Positions 1-11,329 of a DNA stretch of 64,000 nt are shown here, one piece after another. Origin of the DNA: Lepidodermella squamata (Eukaryota; Animalia; Gastrotricha); assembly GCA_047495785.1 (NCBI GenBank), contig JBLDXI010000010.1, positions 868,001-932,000 on the forward strand, in the 5' to 3' direction. Below the pieces are notes generated by a model. It searched no databases, was not told where the DNA came from, and saw only the letters and a list, made by a program, of their open reading frames with translations. Each line of letters begins with the position of its first letter. Positions within the stretch are counted from its first letter, which is position 1. The position numbers and the translations under genes are program-made.

Positions 1-578
1 CATCTCCAAGATGCATACAGATAAGCTTTTGAACAGTTAACTCTGAATAAATTGAAAAATTTACACAGAATATATTTTGGCATATTCAAGATTTGCCTGT
101 TGCGGTTGCAGGCCGCGGAACCTAATTTGCCCAAGGTCGATTTTCAAATAATTCTACATTTGACGAATTTAAGATGTTGTATCAATTATGAAGTTGTCTT
201 ATGCAACTTTCTACGTTGGATCTATAACAAATTCATTCTGAATTATAATGTCAATCGGGATATCCTTGTTGAAAGTTCCGCAAAAAGGTTTAGGCCTGTT
301 CCTGTTCCTGCCAAAATTTGGTCCTGCTTACAGTCGAATTTGGCTCCCCTGAAAATAAGAATCTGATTGAATTACACTTAACATAGACATCAGCAGTCAG
401 CTTTCATTTGTGCCGTTTTTTAATTATGCTGTTTTCTGATTCACATGAATTGTTGAATTACGTATCAAATTACACGGTTTGACCTTCCGGCTTTCCAGAA
501 TCGTAAAAGGTCACATCGTGCGCTATATACTCGCTACAATTACAGTGCAATTGGTTTTTGTTTTACAAATTATTCAAC

Positions 579-3500
579 ATGAAGCTTGCTTTATTACTAA
601 CCATAGTCATTCTAACAATTGGGGGAACACAGGTATTTGTGATAAGTAAAATATTGTTTCCATTATCGAAGCTAATATTACTACAGGCTGGTCAGTTAAA
701 AACTTGTGCCAACCAGAGGAGGCTGCAAAACGAATGTCTTCTACCTGAGCCGAACCACGGCAGTTTCCTAACGAGGAAATCAGGAAATTTCGTGGAAGCT
801 GAGCTGAAATGCGATGAAAAGTCAGCTCCTATCGGGAAAGTACTGCTTTCGTGCTCTGATCGAGATTTTCAATGGTCTGGAGTCCCAGGAATCTGTATCC
901 TAAGTAAGCTTACCGCCCGAATCTGAAATCCCATCTGATTTTCTCTCTTCCTCAAAGGTGCCTCTGACAAGGTCGACTTCAAAAAAGCGACGAGAGCGAT
1001 AGAACACGATGATTGGGACCGACTTGAAGAACAGCAGCAAGAACAAGGGGAAATTTTCGATGCTCAAAACAACAGCGGTTGGTCCCCATTGCATCTAGCC
1101 GCATACTACGGAGCGGCTAAAATCGCTCGTTCTCTGATCAATTACAACGTGGATGTCCACCTTAAGAATGAAGATTGGCTGGAGCCAGTTCACCTAGCTG
1201 CTATGTCTGATAGCACTGAAGTCATTGAAAGATTGTTGGAGCGGGAGCATGAAAACACTCAATTGGTCCTCGAAGCTGTACAATTCACTACAAGCCGAAC
1301 TCCAATTTTCTTTGCAGGTCCGAAAGCCGCCGATTTTCTTATCATGAAAGGTGCTGATTTGTACCATTGCGACAACCAACAAATGCAGCCGATTCATTTG
1401 GCCGTCGTGAAAAAGCGAACGGAGGTCATTAAGAAGTTGATTAAACACAATAAGGAGATGAAAGACCTTCGTTGTTGTGGGTCTTCCCATAAAACTCTAT
1501 CGCATCTCGCGGCTGAGAGTGACTATGCCGAATTCTTGTCTCAATTCCCTGACTTATTCAACGCCTCTTCTCTCGATGGCGAGGGGCAAACACCTTTATG
1601 CCACATGGCTGCTGCAGGGGGTATCAACTTTGCCAAAGCCCTGTCATCTTCAATCGACCTTAAAAGTATCAAATGTCTCTACGGCCCCGGGAATAAAGAA
1701 GGATCCCTTCTCCACATCGCAATCTATAACAAGCAGCAGAAATTCGTCGACTGGCTGTTGAAAAATGGGTTCAGTCCTTTTGACAGAGATTCAACCGGAG
1801 GAACAGGCCTTCACGCCCTAGCCTCAGCCCCTCCAGGTAAAGACAACGAGACCCTTGCGATTCTGCATACTATCGCGCATAAAAATGAGGAAATCATTGA
1901 TGCGAGGGATAATACGAACTCATCTGCCTTCCTTCTGTCTGTTGCTTCAAACTCGCAAACTGTGGCTGATGCATTGGTTAATGAGCTCGCTGCGATTCCG
2001 AACATGGTGGACAATGATGGCAGAACAGCCTTCCATCTTGCGAAGTCTCAGAGGTTCTTAACCTTCCTTGTCGCAACCATCCCTAATGCTAATGTTGAGA
2101 TTAATCGAAAGACAAAGCCTTGCGACACGAAATCCGAACAAATCTGCGCGAAAAAGGGTAGCATGACCCCTCTTCACTACGCTGTTCGAGATAGGAAGCC
2201 GATGGAGATGATCCGCTACATAGTCAACATCGGAAAAGCCGACCTAAATGCGTTGAACGATTACGGACAAAGTAGCCTGCATCTTGCAATCGAAGCTAAC
2301 TACAAAGATGCGGCCGAGTATCTGTTGAAGAAGGGCGCGAGTCCAGCGATTCGTGACCAAACCGGTAAAACTTCGTTGATGATGGCTATTGAACGCCGTG
2401 ATCTAGATTTTGTCTCCCGAATCTACAACCAATCGAGTGAATCTGTTGTTATGCTTGATTCGAAGGGGCAGAGCGCTATTCATCTCGCGATTTCACTCAA
2501 CTTCACTGAGGCCGTAGAGTTCCTCCTGAAATCACATCACGCTAATATTCTCGAGTTGAAAAACGGAGCTGGCCTGACTCCATTGGTCTTGGCTCTTCAG
2601 GAAAAGAATGAGCAATTGGTGATGATCATACTAAGGCATAAGAAGGGTGTCCTATCATCTAACGATTGGCATCCCCGAACCCAAGATAGCCCTCTTCACA
2701 TGGCTGTTAAGGGAGGTCTTTATCAAGTTATTGACTATTTACTCGTTAAAGGTGCTAAAATCACAACCTTCAACTCTTATGGGAATAATGCACTCCACGA
2801 AGCCATACTGAGCAGTGATTTAGCAGCTGTGAATCGTTTCGTCATCCACGGCGGAGTTGAGATTCTCAAGGACGCAACTGGCTATGGCCGGAATTCTCTC
2901 CATCTATCCGTCAACAGTTACGCTATGACTGCTATGCTGTTGAATCTGTTGAAAACGAATGCAACACTCATTCAAATGAGATACATGACCTCGGCCCGGG
3001 ACCATTACGGTGAAACGCCTCTGCATCGAGCCGTTAGCCATGAGCAAGCCGAAATCGTTAAATTGTTGTTGAATCACGATAGTCCGTGTTTCATTCGGGA
3101 TTTGAAAGGCCTCACGCCCTTCGAATTTGCAAAGCATATGAACTATCATAGGATTGCGGACCATATTAACAGACAATGCAGGGACATTAACAATGCATGC
3201 GAGTCGGCTAAAACTCAACCTAATTTTGGTAACTAATTTCAATTCCAACTTGAATTTCCCATGTTTGCCAATTTTAGTGAGATGTGGTCTCCCTCCATCA
3301 ATCTCTAACGGAGTGATTTTACCGTCGGACGGAAACCTCTGCAACCATCCTAATGATTGGGCTATCAATTGCAACAGTGATAAAAGCATAAGACTTATTG
3401 GTTCGAGTGCTGTTGAGTGTTCAGTTGATGGCAAGTGGCGTATCAGTGGAATGTGCAAGGAACTACCACCCTACCAGTTCGAGACTGGCGAACTTACAAG

Positions 3501-4135
3501 CAATGGGAGCATCGTTTGCAAGCCCGGTTATTACTCTGAATCCTGCAAAGTTGACCTAGATACTTGGACACGTGCTGGGAGCAACAACCTATGTAAAAAC
3601 TGGAAGGGTATATCATATAATTTTACAGAATTCCTTAGCTATGTTACTTATTATTAGATCAATCCTATTGTACTAAATCCTGGACTCTGATTGATCTATC
3701 TTGCAACAATGCTACGAATGGTACTATCACATCTACAAAAAACGATGATGGAATTTATTTGAACAACGAAAGTTCATGCTGGCTTTTCAAGGTCAAAGAT
3801 GGGAGGAAACTAAAGTAATTTCACTTTGCTTTTTTCGTCAAAATACAAACTTTTATTTCTAGGATTCGCTTCGATTTCATTGCAACAGAAGGTAAGCAAT
3901 TTTAACAGACGGTCGAAATCAGTCATAATGCAATGCCTTTATAGAGGAGTACGACTGGGTCGATATTTATGACGGAAAAACAGCAAATGGCACGAAGCTC
4001 TTCAGCTATTCCGGATTCACGGACGACGAAGGAGTCGAGGCAATTCATTCGAGGAGTACATTCATGCTTCTCAGGTTTCACACCGATGGGCGTTTTGCAG
4101 ACCGTGGATTTCTGCTGAACTGGCGATTGGTTTGA
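579..4135 (+). CDS. Secreted Sushi(CCP)-ankyrin repeat-Sushi-CUB protein, paralog 1 (multi-exon)
   Basis: ATG at 579 gives signal peptide MKLALLLTIVILTIGGTQ. Sushi exon ~688-900 (CLLPEPNHG...C..W.G.PGIC). A long ankyrin exon (ORF 1089-3236) has repeated TPLH/SSLH motifs. Sushi follows at ~3280-3460. The CUB domain (GTITS..YLNNESSCW..IRFDFIATEEEYDWVDIYDG..LRFHTDG..RGFLLNW) ends at TGA 4133-4135. GT-AG introns are ~55 bp. No TM helix. Confidence 0.88.
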
Positions 4136-4191
4136 AACATGAACCGACAGTCATGAAAATAAAGGTGAAATTCACCACGTTAAGCACGACT

Positions 4192-6453
4192 TCATTTCCG
4201 AAAATAAGCTGAGAACGAAGTCCTCACTTTGGGACCAAAAACGACCGCAAGTGTAACGAAGCTTATCATTAGGGCGGCGCATGAGTTGACGGCATTTTGC
4301 GCCGCCGGTCTCTTATTCATTGAAAAATCCGCTAAAACTGTAGCTGTAATGACGGTGATGAAGTTTACGAGAGACAGGCACATTGATTTGACGTTAGCAA
4401 CCGACATGAGGTGTCTAAGTGAGAACGCTTTTATAAGTGCTATGATCATCCTGATGCCGTGAATAGCTGCTAAAGATGAAATCCATGCGGTTATGTTACG
4501 AGAATAGCATGCATAGTGTTGAATTTCGACGAAAATATCCTCTACTTCGAAGTACGAGAACGTTTGCCGTCCTATGCTCAGTTCCGGGTAGTCAGTCACG
4601 AACCAAGCTGTCATAATAACCACGTCATAAATTAGAGTGGAAGCTGTGATAGCAAATTTAAGCCTATTTCTTGGTTCTGCCGTTCGATCTGGCAATCCCG
4701 AGGTTTTGCGGGATGGACGCGACTCATGATAAGTTGCACTGCTGTATTTTTTGGACGGATGTGTTGTTCGATGAGTGTAAGGATGAACATGAGTTATTTG
4801 GCCGTGAAGAATTGTTATCCCGGATAATAGGCCACATTCAAGAAACGACAATCCGAAAATAATTGAAAGGAATCTACCGATGCATATTCCTGAAGCTAAG
4901 GAAGCTTCGTTTCCAATTAGAAATGTCATAACTGAAACGTTTAGCCCTAAGGAACCTAAAGCTATGAAGCCCTTCGCCAGCTCAATCAGACCATAAGTTT
5001 CGCGACGTTGTAGATCACTCCAATCAATCAAAAAGCCGATAGATATTAAAATTATGAAAAGTATGCAGACGGAGGTCATTGTTATTAGGAAAACTGCAAG
5101 CTCTGAGGGGATTTTGTCAACAATAGCCGAGTAGCCAGGGAAATCTTTAGGCGGCCCAGATCTATCACGACCCCAGAATGGTTGAACAGAGGTCTTTTGC
5201 ATCCAGTAACTGCCAAGATCAGTTATGTTATCTGATTGATTTCTGGTTATGAAATAAACGATATCGAATCGAGATCTGCCTTCAGTCAATTGATAAACAG
5301 CCTCAGGTTCCTGATCCATTTCCAGGCGCTTCGAGAAACTCAGTTCTCCAACTCTAATTCCAGTAAATCGAACCCGGGCTAAGCTTTCGTTGACTGCATT
5401 CGCAACTTGTGTAGGTTTCACTAAATAATCCTCCAGAGTAAGGTTCTGCTTTTTCAGAAGAGCGATCGAGTCGTTCAAAGCGACTAAACCTTGCATCACA
5501 ACATCGTGGCATACATCTCTCAGGATGAATTCAGCTGAACTTTTGGCATCTATCCTACTTCCAAGCATCATATCAAACTGCTTCTTGTCGTAGCCGAGGG
5601 TAGTAACATAGTTTTCTTGAGTTGAAAATAATGTAACGCCAACGTAGAATGTCGTTGCCATGATCTCTACCAAAATTGATTTCGTACAACCGGTTGGTAA
5701 TTTCGGGAGTTTTGTATCAAGATCGTAAATCACGTTAGGATGAGGAATGAAGGCATATCGGCTCCCAGTTACGTTGAGTTTATAAGCCGCGCAGAGGAAC
5801 TTTACCACAGGGTCGATTATAGTCATTTCAAGTAGCAAAACTCTGAGATTAGTCGACTTGAAAGCCTCCACCGTTCTCTCGTCTACATCAAGCGTTGATT
5901 CGAACCACGGGACTTGAATTTCGTTTTCGAAGAGGAGTTGTTGTAGAGTGACAGCGGCTGTGTGGTCGCGGAAGTTGGATGCGCTAGTGACTATAGCAAC
6001 TTTGCTCCATTTTCCAATTGTTTTGATGAAACGGAGCCGAGCGTAGTTGATAACATCTGCTGTAACCCTCATATGGTAGAGGTTAGGGAATAGTCCCCGA
6101 TTTCCAGCTGTCGAAGCTGCTGAGCAGCCAGATGCAAGGGAAATCATGTCGACGTAATGCAGAGCCTTCGCCAAAGATACGCAACCATTCGAAAAGTAGG
6201 GGCCGATTATTATCGGGGAAATTAGCCCTGGTGTTATCCGTCGGAAGTTCAAAGCTTCACGGACTGCGAGAATTGAGCTTGAACCTTCGTCCCTGAAATC
6301 TGGGACGATGTTATAGCCTTTTAGGAAGTCATTACGCTGGTTTGCTACATCGATAACGACTTGAGCGGCCTCCCGACAAACCAAGCCATCTCTTGGCTCA
6401 TTACCCGAGTATTGCAGTAGCACAAGCATCGAAATGTTCATTGCTAGTTCCAT
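4192..6453 (-). CDS. Divergent class C GPCR, GABA-B-like (Venus flytrap + 7TM, no cysteine-rich domain)
   Basis: 753-aa ORF. ANF-receptor/VFT motifs (IDVANQRNDFLKGYNI, IIGPYFSNGC, KWSKVAIV) are followed by PPKD and seven hydrophobic segments. The true signal peptide may lie slightly upstream (~6570) in another frame. Confidence 0.85.
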   Translation of the reverse strand: MELAMNISMLVLLQYSGNEPRDGLVCREAAQVVIDVANQRNDFLKGYNIVPDFRDEGSSSILAVREALNFRRITPGLISPIIIGPYFSNGCVSLAKALHYVDMISLASGCSAASTAGNRGLFPNLYHMRVTADVINYARLRFIKTIGKWSKVAIVTSASNFRDHTAAVTLQQLLFENEIQVPWFESTLDVDERTVEAFKSTNLRVLLLEMTIIDPVVKFLCAAYKLNVTGSRYAFIPHPNVIYDLDTKLPKLPTGCTKSILVEIMATTFYVGVTLFSTQENYVTTLGYDKKQFDMMLGSRIDAKSSAEFILRDVCHDVVMQGLVALNDSIALLKKQNLTLEDYLVKPTQVANAVNESLARVRFTGIRVGELSFSKRLEMDQEPEAVYQLTEGRSRFDIVYFITRNQSDNITDLGSYWMQKTSVQPFWGRDRSGPPKDFPGYSAIVDKIPSELAVFLITMTSVCILFIILISIGFLIDWSDLQRRETYGLIELAKGFIALGSLGLNVSVMTFLIGNEASLASGICIGRFLSIIFGLSFLECGLLSGITILHGQITHVHPYTHRTTHPSKKYSSATYHESRPSRKTSGLPDRTAEPRNRLKFAITASTLIYDVVIMTAWFVTDYPELSIGRQTFSYFEVEDIFVEIQHYACYSRNITAWISSLAAIHGIRMIIALIKAFSLRHLMSVANVKSMCLSLVNFITVITATVLADFSMNKRPAAQNAVNSCAALMISFVTLAVVFGPKVRTSFSAYFRK

Positions 6454-6675
6454 TTTCGGATGAAAATGATGAATGAACCCAACTTAAAATGAAGATAGTG
6501 TCTGAGGGATAAGCGACTTCCGAAGAGGGGGCACAAACTGAAGATAAAAGCAGCAAAACCCCCATTAACACGGCACTTACATCTATAAGAAATGTGACAA
6601 TTTTGTTTGGTAACACGATCCTTTCGCTCGTTTATTGAAAAAAATCAATAATCAAAATGTCCTATTAAGTGCAGT

Positions 6676-9629
6676 TCACGGAGTAGGTGGTTTCGCTTTC
6701 GCTTTATGCGCGTAGAATTTGTTGAAATTCTCCGTGATGATTGGCACGGGTATAGCCAGTGTTAGCACGCCAGCTATCGCGCACACCGAGCCGACCAGTT
6801 TGCCCATAACAGATACCGGATATTCATCGCCATAGCCAACAGTGCACATGGTGATGATCGACCACCAAAACGCGTCTGGAATACTGTCGATTGTTGCATT
6901 CGGCTGGCCAACCTCCGCGTAGTAGATTGTCGACGAGAAGAGTAGCATGCATACGAAAAGAGCGACAAGGAAGAGACCCAGGCCTCCAAACGAAGCTTTG
7001 AATGTCAGCATCAGGACTTGAAGACCGGCCGAGTGCTTTGTCAATTTGAAGACTCGAACAAGTCTTACCACTCGGAGAAAGCCCAGAGATGCCGACCCTA
7101 AACACGAACAAATAGTTTGAATCTATGAGTGAAATTCAAGGTTCGAACTATACCTTTCGAGGCCTCGCAGTCCATTCGGTAGAGCGTGGAAAAGAGGGAA
7201 ATGTAATATGGCACAACAGCTATGCAATCTATGAGGTTTTTGAAGTTCCGCAAGAACCGCCATTTATGCGGAGACGCAGCCAGCCTAATGAAATACTCGA
7301 GCGTAAACCAGGCCGTGCACACACTTTCGATGACAAAGAAGGGCTCCAGAAAATTCGGCTTGCCATCTTCGCAAACGTGGGCAGATGACGAAAATTGAGG
7401 TAGTGTTTCGAGGCAGAAAGAAACTATAGATACGATAGTAATTACGACGGAAATGATGGCTATCAAAAATGCGACTCGGGAAGTTTCTGGATACTCGAAC
7501 ATGATCCAGACCTTTCGCGATAAAGCACCTTCTGGGAGCTCAACTACTTCCTCGACGTAACCTTCTTCTTTAAGATACTCGTCGATAGCTTCCTTTTCGA
7601 TTTCGAAGAAGCGAACCTATTTCATCATGAATTTCAGTACTTATGGATTTTAAGCTTAATTTCTTGCATACCTCATCTAAGAAAATATCTTCCGGAACAT
7701 TTTTTGGCCGTTTGAGTTTCCCTCCGTACTGATAGTATTCGAAAATGGCATCGAAGGTAGGTCTGTATCGGTCGAAGAAAAATTCTTGCCTCTTCGCGTC
7801 CCAGTAAGGAAACCGTTTCACAGGATCGCCAAGCAAAGTATCAGGCCGGCTATTTAAGGCGGACAATCGAATATCGAAAGGCAAACCGGCGACATTGATC
7901 CGAACGATCTCGCATCCGTCGGCACAGCAATCATGATTCATACCATCATCTGCGGAAAATAAAAATGCTCAAATTAGTTAAGAGCCTTGGAAAAATCTCA
8001 AGCGAAATGTAAAAAGCGCGGGTAGAACAGATAAAAAGCCTTGAAGCGACGATATTTATGCAACCTGGTGGGGTTGTTGGTGACTCGCCAATGTCGATTA
8101 GTGGCGCAGATTGTTCGGAACGCATAATATCTTCATCTCCGACTTCAAATCGGATCAAAGGGGCCTCAAAGCTAGCAGGTTGAGAGGAAGACCGCCGTGG
8201 TCGATGAAACCGCATCGCTCGGCGATTCATCCGCATTTGCGACAGGCAAACACGCTTCAAGACTGCTAATGACTCACCCTCCGAGTCTGAAGAAGTGAGA
8301 AAATTGTATCTACCATGCATTTCAATGTCCTTGAATTCTTAAACACTGAGATTTTCTAGCCCGGATGTTGATTACAAATTTCGATCAATATTTTAGCTTA
8401 CCGTCCTCCTCTGAGGCGCTGAATACGTCATCCTCTCTCGAGCGGTTCCGCCTCGTTGGAGCAATAGCTGGCGTCCGATGACCAGGGGCCGGTAGTGAAG
8501 AGGGGCTCGTAGGCGATAACGCCGATACTCGACGCGGCTTGACCAGCGCGCATTGCTCGGATGTCTCGATTTTGCCGAGTTGTAGCTGCCGCTCCACGGC
8601 GAACGGGTGCGCGGAAGGGCGCCGCCGTCGCACCTCTTCCGGCTTCTTGATACCCACTGAAAGGAAAGTGAAGAAGTTCATTATTAAACCTGTGCACCAA
8701 GTTTCCAAATCCGCCATTTTTTACACTACTGAAACAAATAATCGAAATAGGCGCCGAAACCTCAAGCAAAGGTAAATACTGCAGTGGCAAAGCAAATATT
8801 TGACTCGTGGGGCTATACCTAAACTTCGATTTCGCTTTAGGCTTTGCGCGCGCCGCGCAATCTTGTCATCGGCTTGTTGATTCGTTGGGGCTAGGGCTGC
8901 GAGGATGGGAGGTGGTCCTTTCTGCTGTTGCTGGCCTGTGAAGAAAAACGAGGCGACAAGGCCGGAAGAGGGGGCCGATCGCGGGCGGCGGGACCCACTA
9001 GCAGCCGCGAACATTGTAGCAAATCTCGATGCAACTGATGTGAACTCTGGCGATAGGTACTCTAGCGCAATGTATGTAATGCGTGTTTTATGGTGATGTT
9101 ATCAGCGCGCAGTGCAGCGCCGTTAAATCGAAAGAAAACACTTGGTGTAGCGCGCAGATGTGCGAGAAAAATTGCGATCATGGGCGGTAATCGCCCCGAG
9201 GCTGGCGCGCTTCAACGCCCGTAAACACCAGCGCGCCGGTGCGGAAGCGAAAGCGGGGCGGAAGTAGCCAAAAAAGCAGCGTTAATAATAAAAACAGAAA
9301 AATAAAACTTACATATCACTGGCAAGTCAAATTGATTTTGTTTAAAAGTTCTTGAAATATATATGAGGAAATTAAGGTGGCTCACCGTTGAATACTCGAG
9401 CGATTCCATCACGGAAGCTGGCCGACCTTTGCCGCGGGGGAGGGCCGTGGCCCATTTTTGCTGCTATTTTAGCAACTTGGCCAACTGCTGTCAGAGCTCC
9501 GCCAACTGCGATTGTACTCGCGGATGGTAATGAGTGGCCATAACCGCCATGCTTGCTGGATGATGACGATGGAGTTGATTTGCGCGATCGCGATCGCGAA
9601 ATGCTGGATACCATCGCCCAGTTGGCCAT
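6676..9629 (-). CDS. Shaker-family (Kv1/KCNA) voltage-gated potassium channel, multi-exon
   Basis: T1 domain ([40 protein letters not shown], 7570-7941), S1-S3 (MFEYPETSR.., 7098-7502), S4 [17 protein letters not shown], pore [17 protein letters not shown]6 IPVP. The core 6676-7941 is secure. Upstream low-complexity exons (7946-8320, 8385-8717, 8721-9014, 9372-9629) are the probable N-terminus or alternative first exons. Confidence 0.9.
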
Positions 9630-11329
9630 GATTTATCAGCGTTCAGCTTTCAGTTGGTTAAAATTCCCGAATTTCAATACCGTTCCTCTGCTTCAATTTC
9701 GCCATTTCTATGTAAACATCGCTCATTCTAAATGACAATATCGAATGAACTCAAAAAAAAAGAGGCGGCGAAGGGATCCAATTAGGAGTGTGAGGAATCA
9801 GACCTATAAAAATGTTGTTCCAAAACTGTGCTTTTTGCCGTACATTTTGTGAAAGCACTCCCCGTCTACGCTATAGGCAATATTTACAGGCGCGAAATCT
9901 CTAATTAGTGTGATAATTAGGGATCATTTTTGCACTGATTTTTTGCTGATTTATCGGGTAATTCCTACGGTAAGCCAATTTTCTCTTGCTCCATTCCAGC
10001 TAACAGCAATTTTCCCTACACAAACCAAAAAAACAATCAGCGAGTATTCACTAGCAGAAACATAGGCTTGCAAATGCTACTCAATGTCCGAGAGGACTTC
10101 CAAAAAAGATCTTTATTTCATAACGTAGAATAGAAAAATTCAGACGGAACCATGAAAATACCGAAAATGCCCTAATAGCATGGGAAGAATGACTAACCTC
10201 ATTTCTTTATCTTCAGGATTGATTATAGCTGTTTTTACCTACACAGGGGACAGAGTTTGGGTTTCCTAAATGGGCTCAGCTTTCTAAATCCCAAAAATTG
10301 TAAGCCGTAAAGCTGTGCCAATTTTTATTGCCAAAAATGCAAGACGGTGTAAAATTTGGCCCTGGCGTGGAAAAGTAGGTACATATTATAGCTACGTGTT
10401 GATATGATATGCGGTTTTACAAGTGATAATAAACCCGTGTTCGCGCCTAACTGGCTGATCAAGGAGCGCACGCGGCGGGCTCGTTCCGCATGGGTCACAC
10501 ACGATATAATACTCTCCATGTTAAGATTGGCTTTGTTTTTTACACGCAGCGGCTATTGAGCCGAGGCGCGGCGAGCGATGATTAGACGCCCGCTGTTGAG
10601 TGATGATTACACTCAGAAGCCGCTTGCGCATACAAGATGCGCGAATGGCGTATCAATTTATAACTCGCATATTTATACATATATATATTATATCGCCGAT
10701 TAAACACCTTGAGCCGCAGCAGCGCCACTCGACGAGCAACAAGCAGCCGGGTAAAAAACTCGCTCTATTGCAATTTATCGATTCGCCAGATGCGATTAAT
10801 TTCGCACTGGCGCAGAATAATATAGTCCTTCACACAATAATCAGGGTGCACAATTTTCCATCTCCGTTTTCTTATTCAGCTCGCTGGTGTGGTTCAAAGT
10901 CAAAACTTCATATTCCGGCTCATTTTGTCGCGATCGATTCTAACTTCAGAAGAATGAAAATTAAAGGAAAGAAAGGAGACCATCCTAATTTTCTGGAATA
11001 GACGCTTTAATTGAGAGTCGGATGTTACAAAATACGGTCAGCCTTTTCAAAAACGTTGTTTGTTTGATCCTTTCAAATCGTTATCTTTTCCGGTAATCCA
11101 GTAACCAGTAACTGTTCATATAAAGGTGAATTAGATATAAGATAAGGATTGTTGCCACAACAGCAATCTGCTTCTGATAATGATGATGTAACCGCGATAG
11201 ATAAAGGTGAAAAACGTGGTACATAAACATGATGGTTCATGACTGTCGAATAAATTACCATTACGAGCAGAACTGTAAACTGTAAATTCAAAATACTATC
11301 ATATAATCAGTTTTGTTACTAAAGCTGAT

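Noticed and set aside
1194-3458. Numerous antisense or overlapping short ORFs within long CDSs (here and throughout the window)
   Set aside because: They are shadow ORFs of real genes, with no independent motifs.
10330-10840. GC-rich CGCG/CCGAGGCG tract (similar texture at 16040-16200 and 26010-26370) and ORF 10600-11001
   Set aside because: Probably old dispersed repeats or regulatory DNA. No definable termini, and the ORF has no protein-like features.
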